A DNA stretch of 64,000 nucleotides from Candidatus Poribacteria bacterium (GCA_963665845.2 OY762492.1:1632001-1696000), one strand, 5' to 3'; positions 29,610 to 39,319 are shown, counted from the stretch's first letter. Numbers and translations: made by a program. The notes: generated by a model not told the origin, from the sequence alone.

Positions 29610-30571
29610 CCGTCGCTCTCCTCATCAACGGTGGCAAATTTCAAATAAACCTCGGACGGATCCTGACCGCAATGCTCCAGCAATTTCCTTGCGTTGTTGC
29701 AGATCTGGACGCATCTCAAATCTTTATCGACATAATATCTTCCGTTGTTGATGGCGCCCCAGCTTTTCATTCCTTTCCCATTTTTATCAAAGTTTGAAGT
29801 GTTGACGATATATTTAACGGGACCTGCTGGTACAGGCACATTGCCGTCAGTCAGAAGGTCTTTTTCGCAAAGCCACTCGGCTGTATCCATGAGTACATTG
29901 ATCCAGTACTTAATACTGTGTTCGCTTTTATCGGGCAAACGTATCTCGGAGGGGGGCGGGTCTCCTATCTTCGGGCGGCACTCCGACAGCGGAACCCAGT
30001 TGACGTCAGGGGGCGGTGGCGGTACCCGCTGACCGGATCCGCCTGACGGATTGCCGGACGCCAAATTCGGTCGCCACAGCGCTAGCAGCTCCAGCGCGCA
30101 CTCATGCGGCGGGTCCTCAACGATGGATATTTCAACTCTGGAAATGTAGATGCGGCGGCGCCCCTTAATCGGACCCTGCTCAAAGAGCGGACCCTGTTCA
30201 AAGAAGGTGTAAAGTTCCCATCGATTTCCGTTCGTCAGCCCTGCATATCCGACGTTTGCGAGGTCGGCGTAGTTGAGCGCTTGCATACGGTGTTTCTCCA
30301 GCGGTTCATCTAGCTTTTTCGCTTCGATGACGGCGAAAAGCTTCCCTTTGTCACCGGGGCCGCAGAGCGCGTAGTCAACGCCCTGAGCGCCGAATTTGAA
30401 CTCCGACTTGACGAGCTCTGGATTGGCGAGATCCCAGCCGAGCGCTTTGAGGATCGGATTGATGAGCGCGTCGCACGTCTGCTTTTCGTTTTTTTCCAAA
30501 TCCGGCCGATATCGATCGATTTGTTTCTTGACCGTTTCAATCGCTTCGATGAGGGGGTCTAGCATTGGCAT
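29606..30571 (-). CDS. HsdR_N-like nuclease plus variable C-terminal domain, paralog 1
   Basis: MPMLDPLIEAI..., VDYAL, EAKK, QALNYA, LTNGNRW. Confidence 0.8.
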   Translation of the reverse strand: MPMLDPLIEAIETVKKQIDRYRPDLEKNEKQTCDALINPILKALGWDLANPELVKSEFKFGAQGVDYALCGPGDKGKLFAVIEAKKLDEPLEKHRMQALNYADLANVGYAGLTNGNRWELYTFFEQGPLFEQGPIKGRRRIYISRVEISIVEDPPHECALELLALWRPNLASGNPSGGSGQRVPPPPPDVNWVPLSECRPKIGDPPPSEIRLPDKSEHSIKYWINVLMDTAEWLCEKDLLTDGNVPVPAGPVKYIVNTSNFDKNGKGMKSWGAINNGRYYVDKDLRCVQICNNARKLLEHCGQDPSEVYLKFATVDEESDG

Positions 30572-30602
30572 CGCTTTCTTTGAAAATGCATGGCGATTTT
30601 GT

Positions 30603-30677
30603 ATGATAGCGCTGTTTTTTGGCGATTGCAAACGCCGTCGAATCGAGCTTGACACACGGGCGCGGCGTCTATATAAA
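30603..30677. promoter_or_regulatory. Divergent sigma-70 promoters (nuclease array / DUF5131)
   Basis: Minus strand TTGCAA-17-TATCAT; plus strand TTGACA-17-TATAAA. Most of this region is duplicated at about 29410-29470. Confidence 0.6.
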
Positions 30678-30719
30678 GAGTCAGGCATGAACTTAGGCTT
30701 TTGGATGGAGCGCGCCTTT

Positions 30720-31526
30720 ATGTCGGCGATTGAGTGGACAGACGCGACCTGGAACCCCGTGACCGGATGCAGTCGCGTGTCGCCTGGCTGCGACAACTGC
30801 TATATGTTCGCCATGTATCCGCGCCTGCGCGCGATGAACGTGCGCGGTTATGAAACCCAGCCGGACGATGTCCAGATGATGCGGGAGCGGCTGAACGCGC
30901 CGTTGAGATGGGTGAAGCCGGGCCTTGTGTTTGTCAACAGCATGTCGGACCTGTTTCATCCGAAGGTGGATTTTGAGTTCATTGCCGAGATTTTTCATGT
31001 GATGCGGGAGGCGTCGGAGCGTCGGGGGCATCTGTTTCAGGTGTTGACGAAGCGGCCGGGCCGCGCTGTGGCATGGTGGAAGCGGCATAGCGGCGAGTTT
31101 GACGGCGTGTGGCCGCCGAATGTGTGGATGGGAACCTCGGTTGAGAATCAGAAGTATGCGCCGCGTTTGACGGTGTTGTCGCGCTTGCCGGCGCAAGTGC
31201 GGTTTGTGTCGGCGGAACCGCTGCTGGGTCCGCTGGACTTGACGGAATGGCTGGAGGCGGGGGAGCTTCATTGGGTGATCGCCGGCGGAGAAAGCGGAGC
31301 GGGCGCGCGACCGATGAAATTGGAATGGGCGGCGCAGCTGCGGGATCAGTGTTTAGCGTCGGGCGTTCCGTTCTTTTTGAAGCAGCTGGGGGGCAGGTGG
31401 AATCGGCGTCGGGGCGGCGCGGCTGTATTGGACGGACGGCGCTGGACGGAGACGCCTACTCGTCAAAGCGCTCCCTACATCCATTCATATAACGCTTCAG
31501 AACGCTCCAACGGCATCTTATTTTAA
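30720..31526 (+). CDS. DUF5131 (phage Gp37/Gp68-like) radical-SAM-type protein
   Basis: MSAIEWTDATWNPVTGCSRVSPGCDNCY, FVNSMSDLFH, QVLTKR, SAEPLLG, GGESG, FFLKQLGG. Confidence 0.92.
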   Translation: MSAIEWTDATWNPVTGCSRVSPGCDNCYMFAMYPRLRAMNVRGYETQPDDVQMMRERLNAPLRWVKPGLVFVNSMSDLFHPKVDFEFIAEIFHVMREASERRGHLFQVLTKRPGRAVAWWKRHSGEFDGVWPPNVWMGTSVENQKYAPRLTVLSRLPAQVRFVSAEPLLGPLDLTEWLEAGELHWVIAGGESGAGARPMKLEWAAQLRDQCLASGVPFFLKQLGGRWNRRRGGAAVLDGRRWTETPTRQSAPYIHSYNASERSNGILF

Positions 31527-31553
31527 TTCAGCAACGTCTGCAGGCGCCGTTGC

Positions 31554-31760
31554 CTGATCTTACGTCTTTAGTTGGGACATTCCGTCTGGCGAATGCGGAC
31601 GGTTTCTGCCATGACTCTGGATTCCCGCTTACGCGGGAATGACGTTTTGTGCCGACAGACGCTTGAGGTGAACGCGGACGTCGTCTGCGGCGCCTAAGAT
31701 TCCCGCGCGTTTTACCGCAAGGGCGGGAATGACGGGTCTGGTTGGCGGCGCTTTTTTCCT
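31554..31760. repeat. Partial MITE plus REP-B cluster
   Basis: CTGATCTTACGTCTTTAGTTGGGACAT end; REP-B near 31620 and a variant near 31698. Confidence 0.7.
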
Positions 31761-31762
31761 AA

Positions 31763-32215
31763 TTATCTCAGCCTGCGCTCTCTCTCTTCGCGGTTTCGTT
31801 GGCGCATTTCGATGGCGAGTTGTCGTTTGGCGCGTTCTCGTTCGCGTATTCGGCGCCGTTCCTGCGACCTTTTTTCGATGGCGGACAGCGGTCGGTTTCG
31901 GTTTCGGCGCCACTGAAAACGGACCGGCACGCGCGGCTTCGGCATCGGTATCTTTTGCAGCAGTTCGCGCAGTTTGACGATCCATCCGGGTATGGAGCGC
32001 GCCTTGCGCCCGTGTCCGCACAGCTGGATCGGCAGCCCGCGCGCGCGTTCTTTTTCGCCGAGGTTGAACTCGCATGAGGCGCAGTCGCCGCTGTCGCGCA
32101 GGAAGCCCGACAGCATTGGGCATGCGACGCAGACGCTCGGTCCGACCTGTTTACGGCGTATTTTGCGCGGGCGCGCCTCAAAAAGCTTCTCGATCAAACG
32201 CATTGGAGTGTTCAT
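31763..32215 (-). CDS. Hypothetical basic, Cys-containing protein
   Basis: ORF co-oriented downstream of the dmpA fusion; CxxC...CxxC; no recognisable family. Confidence 0.35.
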   Translation of the reverse strand: MNTPMRLIEKLFEARPRKIRRKQVGPSVCVACPMLSGFLRDSGDCASCEFNLGEKERARGLPIQLCGHGRKARSIPGWIVKLRELLQKIPMPKPRVPVRFQWRRNRNRPLSAIEKRSQERRRIRERERAKRQLAIEMRQRNREERERRLR

Positions 32216-32266
32216 TTCAAATTGCCGATCTGCATGCGCGCTGCGCCATGCCGCGCCCTCAAACGC

Positions 32267-34243
32267 TTAACCTTCGCCGCCGATTTTCACTCGTTGATTC
32301 AAAATTGCCAGCAGACGCTGCAGCGGTATTCCGTGAATGACCCGCCCGTTTCTGCCTTTCATCGTTTTGCCTGCCGCGACCGCGTTCACGATCGCTTCTT
32401 CGGTCGCTTCCACCGCCGCTCGAAACAGGGAGGTCAAATGGGAGTCCGCAAACACAGGGCGCGTATAGGTCGGCTCGTCTGGAAAATGCGGTATCTCCGC
32501 CGCTGTTGAAAACGCGGCGACAAAATCTCCGCTGCCATGCGATCCGACCGCCCCGGTACGCGCCAATCCAAAAGCGGCGCGTTTGCAAACCCGTTTCAAC
32601 TGACGGGATGTCAATGGAGCGTCGGTCGCAAGAACGATCACAAACGACCCTTCCGACGGACCCCATTCAGGCATGAGGTCAGTGATCATTCGACCCACTG
32701 GAACGCCGTCCACGCGAAACTCATGGCGGCGTCCGCCGTTCGCCAAGACCAGCGCGCCCAAAGTGTAGCCGTCGTCGGTCATGCGCGAGGCGGTTCCGAT
32801 CCCCGCCTTGAACGAATACGCCCTCATACCCGTCCCCGCGCCGACGGAGCCTTCCGCCACATGCCCGCCCGCCGCCGATTCAATCGCCTGTATCGTGTGC
32901 GCTTCGGTAACATAGCGCGCTTGCGCGTCGGTCATTCCAGCGTCGTTGCATTCCATGACAAACGGCAAAACGACATCGTCCCATCGCCCCATATCGGGAT
33001 AATGTTTCGCCGTCCAGCTGACAACGCCGTTGGCGACGCGGGGGACGTTCAAGGTTCCTGTCAACAGAATCGGCGTTTCAAGCCATCCCGATTCGTTCAC
33101 CCAGTGGGCGCCGGTCATGGCTCCGTTGCCGTTGATGTTGAAGGTCGCGGCGGCGACTTTTCGGTTCCAGACATCGTCGCGCGGGACGACGGCGGTTACG
33201 CCGGTGCGCGCCGCGTTTTCTCCTTCGCCGAAGTTGACCGTCACATGCCCGACCTTCACGCCCGCCACGTCTGTGATGGCGTTCAAGGGACCTGTCGGCA
33301 TCATGCCGAGCTCTATGCCAAAATCGCGCAGGCGCGGCGCCGCGCCCTCTTCAGTCGGCTCAGTCGGCTTTGAAAGCGGAAGGTCAGGCTTGCCCGCCCG
33401 TTCCCATGCGGTCAGCCAGAACCGCGCGGACGTTTCCGCCGCTTTGCGTATCTGCGACTCCAGCGTCTCTCCGCTCATTTTCCATAGCCGGTTGAAATAC
33501 TCGTCGTTCTTTTCTAGGTTTCCGGTTAAGCCGCTCCGCGCCCTGCGGTCATGGTTCAACAGCAAAAAATGGAGCGCGTATGAATCCATGACCGCCTCAA
33601 AGACGGCGTCATACGGCTTTTCAACCGTCTGCCCCGCTTCAATCTTGGGGGCGGGCGCCGCTTTCAGTTGCACCTCATACCGCTGCACTAGGTTCCATTC
33701 CCACAGCGCGTCGGCGTGGGGCTGCCCCGTTTTTCTGCCGTTGAAGTTCATGACGCAGTGGTAGGGCTGATACGGCTTGGCGGCGTAAAACGCATGCGCT
33801 CCGAGCGCGGCGGCGATCTTCTCCGAATCGCCCGACTTGAACGCCTGCGTCAGAACATCCAGATAGGAGACAATGCGCCACGGCAAACGTCCATACTTGT
33901 CAAACGTCTCCTCGCCAAACTTCTCGACCGCCGCTTCGTATTCGCGCGGCAGCTCATTGAACGGGTAGGGTCCGAATCCTACATAGTCGATGTCGAAATA
34001 GTGGTTGGCGTGTTCGTTTTGATGTTCAAGGTCTTCGCTTTCGCGCCACAGGTACGGGTCGATGGCATGCTGAACGATCTTGTCCTGGTTTTCGACAAAG
34101 AAGGCGCGGACCGGCTCCGGCATCGCCTCGCACGCTTTTTGGGCGATGAGTCGGTGCGCCTCATGCCCCCACCCATGAGCGACGCCCGCCGCCAACAAGA
34201 ACGCCCCAAACGCCGCCCAACACCGAACTTTCCATCGAATCAT
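32267..34243 (-). CDS. Exported fusion: S1/P1-nuclease/Zn-PLC-like domain plus DmpA (S58/P1) aminopeptidase
   Basis: Signal peptide; WGHEAH, HYFDID, QPYH; then NAITDVAGVKVGH, EGSVGAGTGM, EGSFVIVLATDAPL, SGD. Confidence 0.85.
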   Translation of the reverse strand: MIRWKVRCWAAFGAFLLAAGVAHGWGHEAHRLIAQKACEAMPEPVRAFFVENQDKIVQHAIDPYLWRESEDLEHQNEHANHYFDIDYVGFGPYPFNELPREYEAAVEKFGEETFDKYGRLPWRIVSYLDVLTQAFKSGDSEKIAAALGAHAFYAAKPYQPYHCVMNFNGRKTGQPHADALWEWNLVQRYEVQLKAAPAPKIEAGQTVEKPYDAVFEAVMDSYALHFLLLNHDRRARSGLTGNLEKNDEYFNRLWKMSGETLESQIRKAAETSARFWLTAWERAGKPDLPLSKPTEPTEEGAAPRLRDFGIELGMMPTGPLNAITDVAGVKVGHVTVNFGEGENAARTGVTAVVPRDDVWNRKVAAATFNINGNGAMTGAHWVNESGWLETPILLTGTLNVPRVANGVVSWTAKHYPDMGRWDDVVLPFVMECNDAGMTDAQARYVTEAHTIQAIESAAGGHVAEGSVGAGTGMRAYSFKAGIGTASRMTDDGYTLGALVLANGGRRHEFRVDGVPVGRMITDLMPEWGPSEGSFVIVLATDAPLTSRQLKRVCKRAAFGLARTGAVGSHGSGDFVAAFSTAAEIPHFPDEPTYTRPVFADSHLTSLFRAAVEATEEAIVNAVAAGKTMKGRNGRVIHGIPLQRLLAILNQRVKIGGEG

Positions 34244-34406
34244 ACGCGCCCTCTCTCAAACAGCAAACGCCTATCCGCTTCCTGTTTAGTTTATCCAAAA
34301 ACGGCGGCGGGCGCAAACCTTGCGGCGCCGTTTCGTCTGTAACCCGTTCCCGCTGGACTCGTTTATGTAAGCGCGGCTGTTTTATGGATTGCAAGGAGAA
34401 ATGCGC

Positions 34407-34820
34407 ATGGCGAGCGTTTATCTGTATTTCAACGGCAAGTGCCGAGAAGCGTTTGAGTTTTATCAGTCTGTTTTTGGCGGCGAGTTTTCAGCCTTCTCCG
34501 TCTTCCGCGACGCCCCCATTGAGATGCCCGGCGTTCCCGAAGCGGATATGGACAACATCATGCATGTCTGCTTGCCGGTCGGCGGGGGCGAGCTGATGGG
34601 CAGCGATCTTCCGGAGTCGTTCGATCTGCGCCCCGGCAACAACTTCGCCGTCAACGTCATTCTTGACACGCGGGAGGAGACGGAGGCGGTCTTTGCGGCG
34701 CTGTCGGAGGGCGGCATCGTTTATCAGCCGATGGAAGACGCCTTCTGGGGCGGCGTCTTCGGCGCCTGCGCGGATCAGTTCGGCGTCATGTGGCATATCA
34801 ACTGGGGCGGCGGGTCGTGA
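34407..34820 (+). CDS. VOC/PhnB-family protein
   Basis: YLYFNGKCREAFEFY, IMH, LMGSD, FWG..DQFGVMW. Confidence 0.9.
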   Translation: MASVYLYFNGKCREAFEFYQSVFGGEFSAFSVFRDAPIEMPGVPEADMDNIMHVCLPVGGGELMGSDLPESFDLRPGNNFAVNVILDTREETEAVFAALSEGGIVYQPMEDAFWGGVFGACADQFGVMWHINWGGGS

Positions 34821-34896
34821 GGACGGGCGCGCGGCTTTGACATTGGGTTTTTAGCGGCGGCGCGCGCAGATGGATGATGCGCTATGCCGCGTTTTT

Positions 34897-35964
34897 TCAA
34901 GAAAGGGGCCACCGCTGTACGGCGTCGCAATTCGTCGCCGCGGCGAGCGTCTTGCCGTCCGGCGAAAACGCCACATCCAGGATCGTCAGCATCAACCCGT
35001 CCATCTCGCGGAGCAGCTCCCGAAGCTCCACATCCCACAGCCGCGCGGCGTTGCTGTCGCTGCCGGTCGCAAGCGTTTTGCCGTCCGGCGAAAACGCGAG
35101 CGAAATCACCGCGTCTTTGTTGACGCCCCAAGCGACCGTCTTTGGCGACGGATCGGAGCCTGGAAAAGCCGCCAGCCGCTCTCCCGTCTTGACATCCCAC
35201 AACAGCGCGGCGTTGTCGTTCCCGCCGGACGCCAGCAGCGACCCGTCCGGCGAAAACGCAAGCGAGAGGACATCGTCCGTATGCCCCTCCAATGCTGCTG
35301 TCAGCGTTTCCGTTTCAACGTCCCACAACAGGACGGAGCGGTCATATCCGCCGGCGGCGAGCGTCTTGCCGTCCGGCGACAAGGCGGCGGCGCCGTTTCC
35401 TTCAAAGGTTTTCAACATCTCGGCGGTTTCAACATCCCACAGCCGAACAAGGTTGTCGGCGGCGCCTGTGACCAAACTCTTGCCGTCCGGCGAAAACGCG
35501 AGCATACCGACCGCATCCTCATGCGGCAGGCTCTTCATCAGCGTCGGCGTCTCAACGCTCTGTTGTCGAGCGCTTTTTCCGTCCGGCTTTTCGGTCGTCC
35601 AAACGATGACAACAGGCTCATAGAATTCGGAGTCGACGCTCCATAGATGGACGGCATTATTGACCCCGCCGCCGGCGGCGAGCGTTTTGCCGTCGGGAGA
35701 AAAGGCGACCGCCCGCACAGGCGCATCATGCGTCAGCGATCGGAGATGCGCGCCAGTGTCAGCGTCCCAAAGGCGAACCGACCGATCCCATCCGCCTGTC
35801 GCTAAGAGCGTTCCGTCCGGCGAATACGCGACTGAACAGATATAGCTCGTATGTCCATGAACGGCAACCCCCTCAATATAATGGGGTATATGGTATTTAC
35901 TCCGCTCAACCTGTCGATGCCGCATCTTTTCAAATATGATCGGATTCACTGATCTACCATTCAT
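34897..35964 (-). CDS. WD40-repeat protein, copy A (start uncertain)
   Basis: Repeated AFSPDGKTLA..LWDV. Confidence 0.88.
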   Translation of the reverse strand: MNGRSVNPIIFEKMRHRQVERSKYHIPHYIEGVAVHGHTSYICSVAYSPDGTLLATGGWDRSVRLWDADTGAHLRSLTHDAPVRAVAFSPDGKTLAAGGGVNNAVHLWSVDSEFYEPVVIVWTTEKPDGKSARQQSVETPTLMKSLPHEDAVGMLAFSPDGKSLVTGAADNLVRLWDVETAEMLKTFEGNGAAALSPDGKTLAAGGYDRSVLLWDVETETLTAALEGHTDDVLSLAFSPDGSLLASGGNDNAALLWDVKTGERLAAFPGSDPSPKTVAWGVNKDAVISLAFSPDGKTLATGSDSNAARLWDVELRELLREMDGLMLTILDVAFSPDGKTLAAATNCDAVQRWPLS

Positions 35965-36082
35965 TGAGAAATGGGGTCAAAGTATAGAGCCGTCTTATAT
36001 TTAAAATAGAACAAAGGCAAGGGATGGAGTCGTCCTAGGAGGGGCGGGAAAGCGTCCGCAGCTCCCGCCCTTCCGCCGCCTA

Positions 36083-37120
36083 TCAGGAAAGGTCCCAGAG
36101 CTGGACGGTGTCGTAGAAGGTCGCCGCGGCGAGCGTCTTGCCGTCCGGCGAAAACGCGACATCGTAGACCGTCAGCGTCATCCCGTCCAGCTCTCGAAGC
36201 AGCTCCCGGCGCTCCGCATCCCAAAGCCGTATCGTGTCGCCGGCGCCGGTCGCGAGCGTCTTGCTGTCCAGCGAAAACGCAAGCGAGGCGACATAGCCTT
36301 TGTAAGATCCCCATGCGGTTGTTAGCGCCGACGGGTCAGTACCTTCAAAAGACGCCAGCCGTTTGCCCGTCTTGACCTCCCACAACAGCGCGGCGTTGTC
36401 GTTCCCGCCTGACGCCAGCAGCGTTCCGTCCGGCGAAAAGGCGACCGACAGGACATCGTCCGTATGCCCTTCCAAGGTTGCTGTCAATGCTTCCGTTTCA
36501 ACGTCCCACAACAGGACGGAGCGGTCATGTCCGCCGGCTGCGATCGTCTTGCCGTCCGGCGACAAGGCGGCCGCCGCGGTTCCCTCAAAGGTTTTCAACA
36601 GCTCGGCGGTTTCAACATTCCACAGCCGAACAAGATTGTCGGCGGCGCCCGTGACCAGTGTCTTGCCGTCAGAAGAAAAAACGGACGATCTGACCATGCC
36701 CCCATGCGGCAGCATTTCATGACGCTTGATTTCCTCGAAGCTCTTCCGTTCGACGCGCCGTCCATCCGGCTCGGTCGACCATGTAGTGGTGATGGAGCGT
36801 TCAACGGGTTCGTAGTCGACGCTCCATAGCATGACTTCGTTTTCTTCGGAGCCGGCGGCGAGCGTCTTGCTGTCGGGCGAAAAGGCGAGCGTCCAGACGG
36901 AACCTTTCAGCGATGTTGAGCGAATCTGCGCGCCTGTGTCGGCGTCCCACAGCCGAATCGTCTTGTCCCATCCGCCGGTCGCCAACAGCTTCCCGTCCGG
37001 CGAAAAAGCGGCTGAAAAGATGTGGCTGTCATGCCCCAAAATAGCGATGCCGTCTTCATAATGCGGAATCTGGAAGTTGCCCGATTCCAGCTGCCGCGTT
37101 CGCATTTCTTGAAAAGCCAT
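36083..37120 (-). CDS. WD40-repeat protein, copy B
   Basis: Repeated FSPDG..LWD; paralog of copy A; GGAGG RBS. Confidence 0.9.
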   Translation of the reverse strand: MAFQEMRTRQLESGNFQIPHYEDGIAILGHDSHIFSAAFSPDGKLLATGGWDKTIRLWDADTGAQIRSTSLKGSVWTLAFSPDSKTLAAGSEENEVMLWSVDYEPVERSITTTWSTEPDGRRVERKSFEEIKRHEMLPHGGMVRSSVFSSDGKTLVTGAADNLVRLWNVETAELLKTFEGTAAAALSPDGKTIAAGGHDRSVLLWDVETEALTATLEGHTDDVLSVAFSPDGTLLASGGNDNAALLWEVKTGKRLASFEGTDPSALTTAWGSYKGYVASLAFSLDSKTLATGAGDTIRLWDAERRELLRELDGMTLTVYDVAFSPDGKTLAAATFYDTVQLWDLS

Positions 37121-37207
37121 TTCGTTGTCCTCCGTTCATCTGAAAGCGGTCTCATCGCATGATTGTCTGTAGAGAATAACATGAGCGCCGAGCTGAGTCA
37201 AGCGGCG

Positions 37208-37312
37208 CTAAAACCCCCCTAGCCCCCCTTTTCAAGGGGGGAATCGGAGAGCGGCCCTTTTCAAGGGGGAATCGGAGGGGCGCCCTTGAAAAGGGGAATC
37301 GGACGCGGCGGC
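37208..37312. repeat. Cluster of three REP-A palindromes
   Basis: CCCCTTTTCAAGGGG twice and CCCTTGAAAAGGGG. Confidence 0.8.
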
Positions 37313-37406
37313 TTCCCGCCCGGATGTTGACAGATATGCCGAACGGCGCCATAGTGTTTTGAATCCGCGCAGAGACGCGGCATCAACCTTGCAAGGAGCC
37401 TCGCCG

Positions 37407-38447
37407 ATGTGGACAGACCTCTCCAACCTTTACCTTGACCGAGACGCCGAATCGCGTTCGTTGACCGCCGAAAACCCGACCGGAGCCGTCGGAAAAGGCG
37501 CCATGGACGACCCAAACGGACACGGACCCGCCCGCGAACTGGGCGTCGGATGGAAAGTGACCCCCTGCATTCAACTAGGAGCGGGCGAAACCGCGACCAT
37601 CATGAACAACGAAGGGCCGGGCGTCGTCCGCCATATCTGGCTCACCTTCCCCGAATCGCACTACAGGCGTCTCATCCTGCGCGTCTACTGGGACGGCGAC
37701 GACCAGCCCTCCATCGAAGCGCCCCTCGGCGACTTCATGTGCAACGCATGGAACACGCGCCAAAACATCCTCTCCATCCCCATGAACGTCAACCCGTCCG
37801 GCGGCATGAACTGCTACTTCCCGATGCCGTTTCAAAAGCATGCGAAGATCGCGATTGAAAACGACTCGACGGAAGACCTCAGCCACCTCTTTTATACGAT
37901 CAACTACACTCTGGAATCGGTTCCCGACGACGCGCTCTATTTCCACGCGCAGTGGCGGCGAACCAACCCGCTCCCCTACGGCGAGGAATATCTCATGGCG
38001 GACGGCATCCAAGGGCGCGGGCAGTATGTCGGAACCTTCATGGCGTGGCAACAGAACAACGCCGGCTGGTGGGGCGAAGGCGAGATCAAAATGTATCTGG
38101 ACGGCGACGACCCGCACCCGACCATCTGCGGCACCGGGACGGAAGATTACTTCGGCGGCGCATGGTGCTTCGGCGCCAACTTCAGCGCCCCGTATCTCGG
38201 CTTTGACCAAGTCCATGGCAGGTCGGGCGAGGTCGGCGCGCGGATGACGCTCTACAGGTTCCACGCCCTGGACCCCGTCTATTTCAAGAAAAGCCTGCGC
38301 GTGACGATGCAGGCGCTCGGCTGGCGCTCGGAGGGGCGGTTCCTGCCGCTTCAGGACGACATCTCATCCGTCGTCTACTGGTACCAGACGCTGCCGCATG
38401 CGCCGCTCCCGCCGCTGCCGAGCCGCAACGACCGAGAGATCATCTAA
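37407..38447 (+). CDS. DUF2961 / GH172-like protein
   Basis: AENPTG, GPGVVRHIW, YFPMPF, WWGEGE, GTGTEDYF, YRFH. AAGGAG RBS before ATG 37407. Confidence 0.9.
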   Translation: MWTDLSNLYLDRDAESRSLTAENPTGAVGKGAMDDPNGHGPARELGVGWKVTPCIQLGAGETATIMNNEGPGVVRHIWLTFPESHYRRLILRVYWDGDDQPSIEAPLGDFMCNAWNTRQNILSIPMNVNPSGGMNCYFPMPFQKHAKIAIENDSTEDLSHLFYTINYTLESVPDDALYFHAQWRRTNPLPYGEEYLMADGIQGRGQYVGTFMAWQQNNAGWWGEGEIKMYLDGDDPHPTICGTGTEDYFGGAWCFGANFSAPYLGFDQVHGRSGEVGARMTLYRFHALDPVYFKKSLRVTMQALGWRSEGRFLPLQDDISSVVYWYQTLPHAPLPPLPSRNDREII

Positions 38448-38456
38448 CAAAGGAGA

Positions 38457-39272
38457 ATGCCCATGCCGATTCAGGTTGTCATCAACGGAGCCGCCGGGAA
38501 AATGGGGCGCATGATCGCCGCCGGCGTCCATCGCCAGGACGATATGCGGGTTGCCGCCGGCGTAGAGGCGCCCGGCTCCCCGTTTGTTGGACAGGACGCG
38601 GGCGAACTGGCGGGCGTCGGGTCTCTGGACGCGCCCATCGTCGAGTCGCTGGAAACGGTCATCGACAAGGCGGACGTTCTGATCGAGTTCACGCGCCCCG
38701 AACCGACGCTCCAGCATCTGCGCATCGCCGCGCGTACCGAAACGCCGTTTGTGATTGCGACCACCGGCTTTGAAGAGAAGGAGCTGGCGGAAATCAACGC
38801 GCTGGCGAAGCAGACGCCGACCGTCATGGCGGCGAATTACAGCGTCGGCGTCAACACGCTCATCAAGGCGGTCGCCCTCGTCGCCGAGACGCTCGGAGAC
38901 GCCTACGACATTGAAATCGTAGAGGCGCACCACAACGAGAAGGTGGACGCGCCCAGCGGAACTGCCGTCGTTCTGGCGGACGCCGCCGCGGAGGCGGTCG
39001 GACGCGCGATGCGCGACTTCGGCGTCTACGGGCGGCATGGGATCGTCGGCGCGCGGACGCCCAAGGAGATCGGAGTCCATGCCGTGCGCGGCGGAGACAT
39101 CGTCGGCGATCACACCGTCATGTTCGCGGGGAAAGGCGAACGGATCGAACTGACACACCGCGCGCAAAGCCGAGAAGCGTTTGCCAGCGGCGCCATCCGA
39201 GCGGCGCGCTGGATCGTCTCGGCGCCGAAGGGGCTGCACAGCTTCAACGACGTTCTCTTCGGGCAAGATTAA
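38457..39272 (+). CDS. dapB: 4-hydroxy-tetrahydrodipicolinate reductase
   Basis: GAAGKMG, ATTG, EAHHNEKVDAPSGTA, RGGDIVGDH. Confidence 0.97.
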   Translation: MPMPIQVVINGAAGKMGRMIAAGVHRQDDMRVAAGVEAPGSPFVGQDAGELAGVGSLDAPIVESLETVIDKADVLIEFTRPEPTLQHLRIAARTETPFVIATTGFEEKELAEINALAKQTPTVMAANYSVGVNTLIKAVALVAETLGDAYDIEIVEAHHNEKVDAPSGTAVVLADAAAEAVGRAMRDFGVYGRHGIVGARTPKEIGVHAVRGGDIVGDHTVMFAGKGERIELTHRAQSREAFASGAIRAARWIVSAPKGLHSFNDVLFGQD

Positions 39273-39319
39273 CGCTATACTGCGGACGCTGCAAGTTGAA
39301 CGCATGAGAAAGACGGAGC

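Noticed and set aside
28335-30796. Long N-terminal extensions of ORFs 28335..29609, 29606..30796 and 30396..31526
   Set aside because: The extensions are read-through of promoter, REP or opposite-strand genes. The real starts are 29378, 30571 and 30720.
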